From the NCBI GenBank assembly GCA_900290375.1, contig OMOF01000445.1, positions 12,009 through 76,008 on the forward strand: a stretch of 64,000 nucleotides of DNA. The letters are read 5' to 3'. The DNA comes from Candidatus Desulfosporosinus infrequens (GTDB taxonomy: Bacteria > Bacillota > Desulfitobacteriia > Desulfitobacteriales > Desulfitobacteriaceae). Below are positions 56,002 through 64,000 of the stretch, one piece after another. Each line of letters begins with the position of its first letter. Position 1 is the stretch's first letter. The notes under the pieces were generated by a model. The model did no database searches, was not told the DNA's origin, and saw nothing but the letters and a program-made list of their open reading frames with translations. The position numbers were made by a program, and so were the translations under genes.

Positions 56002-56384
56002 TTTGATACACCATCCTTTAAACTTTTAAGCATCTCCGTTTGCAGGTCTAATGTATGGGCAATATGCGTCAACGCTTTATGGTCCACATCTGCCTTAGCA
56101 TCCTGACGGGCCTGAGCTTTGTTCTGGCTTCTCTGTAATGCTGGAAGCGCCCACCACTGTATCCAGTTTGACGAGATTACAGCGAGCAGTACCTTCGTCC
56201 AGTCGGGCAGGGGCAGGACCATCAACGGCAGGATAAATGCTAAGTTAAACATTATCCGACTAGCCAAGATGTGATCTGTAAGCCAGTCGATTAGATGGTC
56301 ATTCAAGCGAGCGATCTTCTTTTCGCATTGCTTGGCTTCATTGATTAATTCATTGGGGTGTGTCACCGCATGGTGCTGATTCAA
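55998..56384 (-). CDS. DUF1003-like membrane protein
   Basis: Two TM helices, SSNWIQ...LP....QN. Confidence 0.6.
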   Translation of the reverse strand: MNQHHAVTHPNELINEAKQCEKKIARLNDHLIDWLTDHILASRIMFNLAFILPLMVLPLPDWTKVLLAVISSNWIQWWALPALQRSQNKAQARQDAKADVDHKALTHIAHTLDLQTEMLKSLKDGVSK

Positions 56385-56856
56385 TATCTTTTAACACCTT
56401 CTCTGCTGTTTCTCCACATTCTGGTACTGGATTTTCGTTATCCTTTGCCAATTTCTGCATAATCCAAGACGGAAACGTCATGTCATGGATGCCTGTTCCA
56501 CTACCACCATCCTCATGATCTACGCCAGTGTGATGGCTCTGGCAGAGACAAACGAGGCACCTAACATCATCCACGGTGGTTAGTGGTTGATTCTTCAGGA
56601 GCCTCCCGTAGCCATAAATGTCCCACTCTTCGACGAATGTTTTCAGCTTGTCAAAATTTATAATGCTGGAAAACATCCATTCTGCCTGATGATGAGACTG
56701 AAGATCCTCGGTTGTGCCGCAAATATAGCAAAAGTAATGCCCATCCTCTTTCAGACGGGCTTTTGACTTGCGAAATTCTGCGCTCTCAGTGCGTTCGATT
56801 GTGTTGGGGTCAATGATAACCTCGTGTAGCGTTCGTTTCATTTCGTGTGCAATCAT
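56350..56856 (-). CDS. HNH-fold protein in the lysis cassette
   Basis: R.ESAEF, CYICG...L.SHH..EW, VDD.R....LC..HH...GIH. Confidence 0.65.
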   Translation of the reverse strand: MIAHEMKRTLHEVIIDPNTIERTESAEFRKSKARLKEDGHYFCYICGTTEDLQSHHQAEWMFSSIINFDKLKTFVEEWDIYGYGRLLKNQPLTTVDDVRCLVCLCQSHHTGVDHEDGGSGTGIHDMTFPSWIMQKLAKDNENPVPECGETAEKVLKDIESAPCGDTPQ

Positions 56857-57176
56857 TGCCCATTCCCCTTCTCGTTGCACAACTGATTCAGCCGCAAATG
56901 AGCCGACTTGGTAGATTCATCGATTCGCGCAATTGCTACGGCATGATCAGAGAGTTGGGTGGAATGACCTTCCAGCTTGCGGTTTGTGTCCCGCTGTTCG
57001 AGGAGTATGTCGTCTGTGCGTTGCTTGATGTAAGTAATATCAGCCTGTTGCTCCCCGGTCTTAGCCCCTGCTGAGTATGTGTCTTTTTTTGCGCCCCGAG
57101 AATATCCCCAATAGGCAGATATGATGCCACAAATCGACCCTGCGGCTACAATGTACGAGACGGTTGTTTGATCCAC
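56853..57176 (-). CDS. XhlA/holin-like protein
   Basis: N-terminal TM, DI.YIK...DDI, E.S.KSAH.RL. Confidence 0.7.
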   Translation of the reverse strand: MDQTTVSYIVAAGSICGIISAYWGYSRGAKKDTYSAGAKTGEQQADITYIKQRTDDILLEQRDTNRKLEGHSTQLSDHAVAIARIDESTKSAHLRLNQLCNEKGNGQ

Positions 57177-57214
57177 TTGATCATCCCCTTTTCACCTCTT
57201 TTACTTGCTACCTG

Positions 57215-57694
57215 TTAGAATGATCCGATATAAGTTAAGAGTTTTGACCCCGAGACATCCTTTGGCGTTGGGTACTTGATCCCCGGGCAGAGATCAATGT
57301 CAGTATCGCTGTAGATACCGGCCCATAAGTTCGAGCAAATCCTCAAGTTCGGCGGTTCGCGATACGGCACAATCACGCCAAACGTGTATCTCATAAACTC
57401 GATAAAATCTAACCACCAGTCATATCTCTCGCCGACGCTGTATGTGGCTAATTCGAGTATTCTCCATCGTTGCTCGCGGGTTAGGTTGTTGTAACGAAAC
57501 ACGTCCGCACAGCCCTTGTACTTGCTCACGCGGGCATAACCCGTACGCCTAAGACCTTCGGCTTCTATAAGCTCGCCGTGTCCTACATAGCCCGCCACGT
57601 GGCTATAACAGGAGTTTTCGACGCGTTCTATTGCTTCGCTGATTATACCCTTGCCGCGAACAAGGACGAGATCGCCTATGTGTAAATCTAACAT
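57215..57694 (-). CDS. Permuted papain-like (YiiX/YebB NlpC/P60) hydrolase
   Basis: GDLVLV.G...IS.AI...YSHVA, IEA, G.RYD, ICS.L, PTPKD. Confidence 0.85.
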   Translation of the reverse strand: MLDLHIGDLVLVRGKGIISEAIERVENSCYSHVAGYVGHGELIEAEGLRRTGYARVSKYKGCADVFRYNNLTREQRWRILELATYSVGERYDWWLDFIEFMRYTFGVIVPYREPPNLRICSNLWAGIYSDTDIDLCPGIKYPTPKDVSGSKLLTYIGSF

Positions 57695-57765
57695 CTTCTT
57701 CCCTCCCTTCAGACAATAAAAATAACCCCGTGTTGGGGTTAAGGTGTAAACGACCAACGCCAGGG

Positions 57766-57933
57766 TTAATTCCCGGCGTTCTTTTCTTTTTCAATCAAAA
57801 TATTAACAATCACGCTCACTGTGCGCCTTTGCTTCTCAGCTTTTTCCTGTAACCAAGCCAATATTTCTGGTTCAAAGTAAATTGCCTCACGAATTTTCTT
57901 ATCTGACTTAATTGGCCTCCCTCTCTCAGCCAT
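57766..57933 (-). CDS. RHH regulator (55 aa)
   Basis: Read manually: GRP...IREAIYFEPEILAWLQEKAEKQRRTVSVIVNILIE; AAGGAG RBS. Confidence 0.7.
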   Translation of the reverse strand: MAERGRPIKSDKKIREAIYFEPEILAWLQEKAEKQRRTVSVIVNILIEKEKNAGN

Positions 57934-57997
57934 ATCGATCACTCCTTAAAGTAATTATACAGCATTAAAAATATTTTGCAATACCTTAAATTATCTA

Positions 57998-58037
57998 TTG
58001 TAAAGCATTTTGAGGCATGTTATAATAAGTTAAGATC
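57998..58037 (+). promoter_or_regulatory. SigA promoter of moron
   Basis: TTGTAA-17-TATAAT with extended TG; TATAATAAGTTAAGATC is identical to 8189-8205. Confidence 0.75.
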
Positions 58038-58059
58038 AAAAACAGAGGAGGAAGCAAAG

Positions 58060-58651
58060 ATGGTAAAGAGCGACAAGGAATTCCATGACCTAATGATTCA
58101 GTTTGAGAAAAATGCAAAAGACATAACCTACGGACACATTGTAGAAAGGGACAACTCAGGAATAAAGGGCGTTTGGTATACCGATGGGTACATAAACACT
58201 TTATTTGACGCATATATGCACGGATACGAATACGCAAAATGCTTGGTTAACCAACTCGACTAAAAAGGCCAGCTGGACAAATACCGGCGCAAGGAGTAAA
58301 CCTCATGAAACAACTAACCTGCACCTGTAGTCATACACCAAAGCAACCCAAGTGTAATCAAAACTGCACCTGCAATAAATGTGGCAAAGAGTACTACTAC
58401 TCTAAGCCGCTCGATAAATGGATGTTTGCCCACAGAACGCACAGTGCGAAGGAGGAATAATTATGGATTACGAAAAATTATGGAGCGAACTCAGGGAGCG
58501 TTTATTTACTGACGCAGAGAAGGATATCAGCAATGACTTAAAGGTCCATATCTGTATACACGTTACCGAGATGATGGGCGAAATGGAGCAAGATAAAAAG
58601 CACGAATCGTACCGTAGCGAGTTGAACGCACAGGAAAGCACCCGTCCTTAG
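58060..58651 (+). CDS. Three small moron genes (58060-58263, 58305-58460 Cys-rich, 58463-58651)
   Basis: Each has a GGAG/GGAGG RBS; terminator hairpin at about 58682-58723. Confidence 0.65.
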
Positions 58652-58771
58652 CCTGGCAGCCGAACGAGTGCTTAAGATAACACCGGAGTGTCGCGGTTAT
58701 TATACCATGGCGCTCTGGTTTTTGCGTTGTTAATACAGGACTTTACTTATATCGTGTCTTTAGCGAACCAC

Positions 58772-59224
58772 TTATTGAACCATAACAGCTACCGTAGCAA
58801 CAAAATTACCGTCAACGGTTGCAATCATCACATCGACCGTACCTATCGCTACAGCAGATATTAACCCTGAACTCGACACAGTTGCAATAGCTGTATTTGT
58901 ACTGATATAAATTAACCCTTGATTGGTTGCATTGGTAGGCGTAACAACAGGTGTAAGTTGTTGTGTCGTGCCATCTGCGATTGTAAATGTTGGAGGGGAA
59001 ACGCTTACGCCCGTTACTGGCACTGTCGCTACTTCTGCATAATTACCGCTTTGGTAATCTACGCCTATTTTAAAAACGTCTAAAGCAGTAGGCAGGGTTA
59101 CGAACACTCCCGAACATTGTAGGTGTATAGTTCCTGTTGGGTCAACGATAGACGGTGTAAATGAGATTGAAGTTGTACCATTTTCGTTTGTTACTTTTTG
59201 AGTTACGTGTAAATTTACAATCAT
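58772..59224 (-). CDS. Ig-like (Big_2) virion protein
   Basis: VPVTGVSVSP...TQQLT..V.PTNATNQ...S.NTAIATVSSSG. Confidence 0.85.
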   Translation of the reverse strand: MIVNLHVTQKVTNENGTTSISFTPSIVDPTGTIHLQCSGVFVTLPTALDVFKIGVDYQSGNYAEVATVPVTGVSVSPPTFTIADGTTQQLTPVVTPTNATNQGLIYISTNTAIATVSSSGLISAVAIGTVDVMIATVDGNFVATVAVMVQ

Positions 59225-59243
59225 TTTTAGTTGCCTCCTAAAT

Positions 59244-59930
59244 TTATTTTGAAGCGTTATAGTTTTTAAGCACTTCTGATGCGCTTAATGCCCTGTTATA
59301 CAGACGGTTCATATAAATATTTCCGTACCAAAAATTAGCAGGCCTATCGGCTGCGTAACCCAAACAATAATTATTAGTTGGAGTAAGAAATGTCCCTGTA
59401 GCTAATGCAGACGATATCAATATGCCATTACTATAAATACTCAATGTATTGCCATCATAAGTTACAACGATATGTGTCTTGACCCCTGTAATTAAGTTAG
59501 CGCCGGATATATTAGTCGCTACACCGTTAGTAAACACTCTTACGGTAGGTACTAACCCTGATTGTGCCATATAAAGTACAAAACCATTATTGTAATCATA
59601 ACCTCCGATTGTATCAAAAGCTGCCCCTGATGTTCTCTTCGTGGATAACATAATTTCAAATGTAAAAGTTTGAGGCATAGCCGTATTAACAAGAGATGGT
59701 ATCGGGATGTTGTCGTCTACTCCGTCAAACGCTACACCATTGCCCCCATCTGAACCACTTGTCGATGTGTAACCGAAGTTAGCAGGGATGCCGTTGTGGT
59801 TATTACCACTGTTATCCACCCATGTAGTAGTTGGTGGGGAGTTTGAAAACGAATGACCATCCAACCACAACACCAAACCGTTTGTGACAATAGGTGGTTT
59901 TTGGTTTTCTCCAATCAGTCCAAAAAACAT
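59244..59930 (-). CDS. LamG/concanavalin-domain tail protein
   Basis: IVTNGLVLWLDG, W.D.SGN...G, FDGVDD, HIVVTYDG, YNRALS..EV..NY. Confidence 0.85.
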   Translation of the reverse strand: MFFGLIGENQKPPIVTNGLVLWLDGHSFSNSPPTTTWVDNSGNNHNGIPANFGYTSTSGSDGGNGVAFDGVDDNIPIPSLVNTAMPQTFTFEIMLSTKRTSGAAFDTIGGYDYNNGFVLYMAQSGLVPTVRVFTNGVATNISGANLITGVKTHIVVTYDGNTLSIYSNGILISSALATGTFLTPTNNYCLGYAADRPANFWYGNIYMNRLYNRALSASEVLKNYNASK

Positions 59931-59943
59931 ATCATCACCCGCC

Positions 59944-60498
59944 TTACATCGCGCCAAAGGCGATATTAGCAGTCGTAACAACACCTGTACCGCCAGCATC
60001 AATGACGAGAGTTAAGCTATCACCAATAGCGGTCATTTTTACAGGTATTGCAGATTCCCACCCACACCTAGTGCCACTACTTGCACCACTGCCGATAACT
60101 TCTTTCCAGTTTATAGCCGATCCATCTTTGATTAATGCTTTTATGTCATTTCCTGCGCTACCTCCTGAGATTACTACCTCAATAGCTGTTACGTAGATGC
60201 TTTTACCTGTTACGCTTGCGATTGTAAGAGTTTGCGGAGAGTTTGATGAGCTATCTTGAGTTACGCAAGAGACGTTCGTTAAACTCCCAGTAATGGTCAT
60301 TTGCTGAGGAACAGGCGGTTGCCATGCTGTTCCATCGAAATTCCATGTGCCGCCTACGCCGTCTAGTACCTTACAGGTTGATCCTGCTTGCAACGGATGC
60401 CCATTCGCATCGACAAGAGGCTTAGTGTCTGCCGTATAGCATTCGTAATCACGCGGATAGAGCACGCCTCCACTACGAACTACTTCAATCACTGCCAT
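59944..60498 (-). CDS. Hypothetical tail-associated protein
   Basis: Beta-rich; DTKP...GS.C motif; tail context. Confidence 0.6.
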   Translation of the reverse strand: MAVIEVVRSGGVLYPRDYECYTADTKPLVDANGHPLQAGSTCKVLDGVGGTWNFDGTAWQPPVPQQMTITGSLTNVSCVTQDSSSNSPQTLTIASVTGKSIYVTAIEVVISGGSAGNDIKALIKDGSAINWKEVIGSGASSGTRCGWESAIPVKMTAIGDSLTLVIDAGGTGVVTTANIAFGAM

Positions 60499-60544
60499 AT
60501 AATCATCTCCTTTTTATCTAGCGTTCGGCACCATCCAAGGTGTT

Positions 60545-61480
60545 CTACCACGTCACTATAATTGCACCGTTGCCGCCAGCTACCCCATTTGTTCCTACAT
60601 TGTTATTTTGACCACTCCCACCTTGCCCACCTTCCCCATAAGTATATGCTCCATTAGCGGCATTGCCACCTAGGCCGCCTGGTGGAGTGGATACCTGATT
60701 GCCTGTTTGTCCTTGCGTAATGAGTGGGGCACCCAAACCTAGTCCGCCCACACCTGCCGTGGATGCCGCGCCTGCCCCTGGAAGTGATTGATTTCCCCCA
60801 TACGCAGTGAAGGTCAAGAAAGTTGTGCTCCCTCCAACTCCCCCAGCTGCCCCGATCCCTGTCGAGCTACCATTTCCTGCCGTTCCTCCCGCTCCAATGA
60901 CACCAGTTATTACCTGTAGTGGCGTTACATGTAGCCATCCAGCCACGTAGCCCCCAGCGCCTGCTCCAGCTGCGCCCTGTGCGTATATTCCGCCTGTTGC
61001 TCCTGCCCCGCCACCTCCGCCACCGATGAGTTCAACATAAATGCAAACAATCCCGAGAGGCACGATAAATATTCCAGTAGAAGTAATTATTTGATACCCT
61101 GTATTCCCTGGCTTCGCCCATGTTCCGGGTGTTCCTGCCGTGACGCATATCCAAATAAATCCGGATTGATCGATCGCCCAGTCCCCAACTAAGAATGTTC
61201 CCGTTGTCGGCGCTCCGCTTGTAGTAGCTCCAACATATCGGCTTGTTGCCGTTGCGCCTGCTATCCCAACTGTGGAAATAGGACCGGTTATATTCCCTTC
61301 GTCAAGTGCCGCTATCCCTGATTCGATATTGTTCATATGCGCCGCTGTAAATTGCGTCCCTGCCTGTGTCGGGCTGTCATTCAGAGATAGAATTACATTG
61401 CCAGGTACACTTCCAGTTGCCGTAAATTGTCCAGGATTTGCTGATATTCTATCGAGCCAATTGGTAGGGTTATAACTCAT
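60545..61480 (-). CDS. Glycine-rich tail fibre protein
   Basis: GT.FTAA.MNNIE.GI; F.VP.G...VELIGGGGGG glycine-rich domain. Confidence 0.8.
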   Translation of the reverse strand: MSYNPTNWLDRISANPGQFTATGSVPGNVILSLNDSPTQAGTQFTAAHMNNIESGIAALDEGNITGPISTVGIAGATATSRYVGATTSGAPTTGTFLVGDWAIDQSGFIWICVTAGTPGTWAKPGNTGYQIITSTGIFIVPLGIVCIYVELIGGGGGGAGATGGIYAQGAAGAGAGGYVAGWLHVTPLQVITGVIGAGGTAGNGSSTGIGAAGGVGGSTTFLTFTAYGGNQSLPGAGAASTAGVGGLGLGAPLITQGQTGNQVSTPPGGLGGNAANGAYTYGEGGQGGSGQNNNVGTNGVAGGNGAIIVTW

Positions 61481-61492
61481 ATCTTCTCCTTT

Positions 61493-61975
61493 CTAGTTGT
61501 GCCAACCCAAACCGCATATAGCTAAGTTCTGACCGCAGAATAGGGATTCCACCATTGCGCCGGTCACTAAGTTATAAAGGGCCAACTCGTTTCCTTCAAT
61601 TCGATTTGTGTCTACGTAAGAAAAGGGTTGATTAAACGTCCAAGTTGTTTTAGGTGTAATCCATCCAGGAGGAGCAATTCCATAGCAGTTAAAAAGCGCC
61701 AAGATATTACCCTCGATTCGGTTTAGGGAATCGTAGAAGTCGAGAGTGCTTCCGTCTGTGCGATTGGTTATCGTTGTTAGATTTAAAGTGTAGCCTCGTT
61801 TTTGCAGGAGTGCCGCGATAGAGACAATATTACTTTCTATATAATTCCAGTCGGAGTAGTTGAAATAATCTTGAGCCGTCCAAGGAGTGCCGGGAACGTG
61901 TCCTCCTCCTCCTACTGATAGTACTGCATCTAATTGAGTTGTGTTTAATTGAGATGTGTTTAGCACTTGTCCCAC
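61493..61975 (-). CDS. Tail-associated protein
   Basis: W...DYFNYSD.N.IE.N, repeated NRIEGN. Confidence 0.7.
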   Translation of the reverse strand: MGQVLNTSQLNTTQLDAVLSVGGGGHVPGTPWTAQDYFNYSDWNYIESNIVSIAALLQKRGYTLNLTTITNRTDGSTLDFYDSLNRIEGNILALFNCYGIAPPGWITPKTTWTFNQPFSYVDTNRIEGNELALYNLVTGAMVESLFCGQNLAICGLGWHN

Positions 61976-61987
61976 CTCGCACGAACG

Positions 61988-63322
61988 CTAATAAGTAGTA
62001 ACCCCGTTGTTACCGCAATTACCTATTACCTCATAGTTGGTAACAGAACCACTGGCCATTGCGACTGGAGTAGCGCCTGTATATCCATTAAAACTGTTGC
62101 CTATAATAGTTACTCCAACTACATTTGTAAGATTAACCGCGTATCGGACATCGTTACTCGAATTGTCCTTATACATTTGATTGCCCGAAATAACTATTTC
62201 AGTGGAAGTATCCGTGAGCGATGCCGCCGCAATGTAAATCAAGTCATAAACCGCTCCAGACGTTCCACAATTCCTGATTATGTTATTTACAAATGATATT
62301 TTATGATTAGTGGCACCTGCCCAAGCGCCGATAGGTAAGTATATTGAATGTTGCTGTGCATTTTCAAAAATATTATTGGCAAATAGTAGGCAAGTAGCCC
62401 CATTTTGGATTAACAAATTATTGACTGGATTGCCATCGAAATGATTTCCAATAAACCTGCACGACCCGCCTTGGATACTAAGATTTGCGCCTGAAGATCC
62501 TATATTATTGTAGCAAAACCAAGAATCAGTAGTTCTGTATCCCCACAAAACCCCTTCGAGCGTACTAGCCTCGAAATTACAATATTGGATTCTGTTTAAA
62601 TAACCGAGGTTGTTTGACGCGGTAGCATCCCAATTTAGCAACAGACTATGAACCGTACCTTGAGTAGTAACGTTGTTAACAGTAGATTGAGACATTGTTA
62701 GGTATAGAGCAACGCCGCCATTAACAAAGGTATTGACACCGTTATTCATGTTAATTACAAAGTTAAGCATTGCCGCATTAATCATCATAGCCGTATTCTG
62801 AAATGCGTTTATGTCTCCTACGGCTAAAAATACAGTTGCCGTTCCTGAACCCTCAAGGACTATATTTGACATCATATTAATGGGAGCGTGCAAGTTAATT
62901 GTTCCATCTAGAAAAAATAACTTACCGCCATTAGTAAGCGAACTAATAATGCCATTAATCACAGCGGTGTCAGTTGTACCATCTAAAATGTAGTTAGCCC
63001 TACTCTTCTGCAAAGAATTAGAAGGAGCGATAAGTATCGCCCCTCCGTTCTGTAATTCTAAAATATGGCCTGATGTTAATAATAATTGAACCTTCGTTCC
63101 ACTGGCAAACGTTTGCGCCGCGGTGCCCTGTTGCGCACGATTAATCCCCGTTGCTGTTACCTCGACTATCTCACAGGCGCTAGGGCTGTTAAGCGGGTCT
63201 ACCCCAATGGTTAGATAGTAGGGATACGCTAAGGAAGGGCTTGTTGTCAGCGTCAAGGTCGTCTGTGATGAAGTCATAGCGGAGGATAGAGTTGTTGAAA
63301 AGTTGTTGGCTACTGAATGCAC
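61988..63322 (-). CDS. Right-handed beta-helix tailspike / depolymerase
   Basis: EIV.VT....RAQQGTAA adaptor; DGT.D..IN...GG......G.....I...SNI.L.G.G; Asn-ladder repeats. Confidence 0.8.
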   Translation of the reverse strand: MHSVANNFSTTLSSAMTSSQTTLTLTTSPSLAYPYYLTIGVDPLNSPSACEIVEVTATGINRAQQGTAAQTFASGTKVQLLLTSGHILELQNGGAILIAPSNSLQKSRANYILDGTTDTAVINGIISSLTNGGKLFFLDGTINLHAPINMMSNIVLEGSGTATVFLAVGDINAFQNTAMMINAAMLNFVINMNNGVNTFVNGGVALYLTMSQSTVNNVTTQGTVHSLLLNWDATASNNLGYLNRIQYCNFEASTLEGVLWGYRTTDSWFCYNNIGSSGANLSIQGGSCRFIGNHFDGNPVNNLLIQNGATCLLFANNIFENAQQHSIYLPIGAWAGATNHKISFVNNIIRNCGTSGAVYDLIYIAAASLTDTSTEIVISGNQMYKDNSSNDVRYAVNLTNVVGVTIIGNSFNGYTGATPVAMASGSVTNYEVIGNCGNNGVTTY

Positions 63323-63340
63323 TTCGTCACCTCATCCTGA

Positions 63341-63793
63341 TTAAGTTAGCGTTACGGTAAGTTGACCAGCGTTGAAGGTTAGAGTTTCGCCTGTTGTTAT
63401 GGTTGTTGAAGACAGGGTAGAGTTCACTTGGCCAAAAGCAATCAACGTACCCGTACTAAATATTCCCCAATACGTAACAGGAGCATTCCAGTTCGAAGTG
63501 GCAACAGGGAAACTGATAGCGTTTTTGTTTGATACACTAGCGGGACTTACCGGATTACCGCCAGTCCAATTTGGGTTCCAATTTGCTTGAGTGCCTGGGC
63601 AAGATACTCTGGCATAACCGCCCGTAGTTGGTTCGTTGAAATTCCAAGCTTCGTAAGTCGGTACTGGTGTTGTGGTTGATAGTGCTATACATAGAGTGGG
63701 TGGTGTTAAGGTAAACTCTTCAGCGTATATAACATTATCACTATTAAAAAATGACCCCAAAAACATAACATCCAAGGTGGCTGCAAAGCCCAT
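63341..63793 (-). CDS. Minor tail protein
   Basis: IALSTT.P, E...GGYARV, N..AI.FP.AT..W..VT.WGIF. Confidence 0.75.
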   Translation of the reverse strand: MGFAATLDVMFLGSFFNSDNVIYAEEFTLTPPTLCIALSTTTPVPTYEAWNFNEPTTGGYARVSCPGTQANWNPNWTGGNPVSPASVSNKNAISFPVATSNWNAPVTYWGIFSTGTLIAFGQVNSTLSSTTITTGETLTFNAGQLTVTLT

Positions 63794-63813
63794 TTAATTT
63801 CACCCCTTCTTAA

Positions 63814-64000
63814 TTAAATCGTTGATCCTGAATTCGTTAGGCTACTCACGGAATTAATTGACCCCGATCCGTAGACGGTTGAATATACCACAGGCGCGGT
63901 AACCGTAACTAAACAAGCACCTGCGTAACCACCATCAAAAGTATGAACGCCAACTGATACGACCCCGGCACTAACCGCTGCAAAATGGCATTTATATACA
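63814..64000 (-). CDS. Partial tail protein (Ig-like C-terminus)
   Basis: Open frame ...AVSAG....V.T.DGGY...C.VTV running off the window. Confidence 0.5.
   Translation of the reverse strand, partial: VYKCHFAAVSAGVVSVGVHTFDGGYAGACLVTVTAPVVYSTVYGSGSINSVSSLTNSGSTI

Larger units (their letters stand above)
1..64000. mobile_element. Temperate siphovirus-like phage genome (partial, circularly permuted)
   Basis: Packaging, replication, immunity, integrase, lysis and tail modules with no host genes. Confidence 0.93.

Noticed and set aside
58261-58305. Twister-sister-like ribozyme in the moron spacer
   Set aside because: Only a short hairpin and GCAAGG; the required junction helices could not be built
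58772-64000. Diversity-generating retroelement acting on tail genes
   Set aside because: No reverse transcriptase or TR/VR repeat pair seen in the window
1-64000. tRNA genes or stop-codon reassignment
   Set aside because: No cloverleaf noticed by eye (tRNAscan not run); all three stops end genes normally, and the broken genes are frameshifts rather than read-through

Overview
This window is most of the genome of a temperate, HK97-type tailed phage from a spore-forming Bacillota (Clostridia-like) host. It appears to be in excised or circular form: no host genes are visible, and an intact 52-bp attP-like inverted repeat follows the integrase. Modules in window order: portal, TerL, TerS, HNH and a second orphan TerS (1-8.1 kb, -); a + strand island of small early genes (8.2-13.4 kb); late promoter and RinA/ArpU activator; replication, recombination and nucleotide-metabolism genes with two DNA methyltransferases (14.7-40.9 kb, -); cro/cI switch and large serine integrase; FtsK plus replication-relaxation module; a second accessory operon; PAPS-reductase and endonuclease region; lysis cassette with Tad1/Tad2-like sponge genes; tail genes. 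The most striking result is two covarying type-P5 twister-like self-cleaving ribozymes, each just after a stop codon in the early island. The same island has a repeated pre-RBS RNA motif, two putative stand-alone ADP-ribosyltransferases and an Aca-like RHH/operator pair. Also notable: a LexA-box-controlled small gene facing attP, a nested alternate-frame subunit inside the C5 methyltransferase, a CTG-initiated DnaC, and a long structured RNA with an antisense partner. All protein calls are from motif recognition by eye; no database searches were run.
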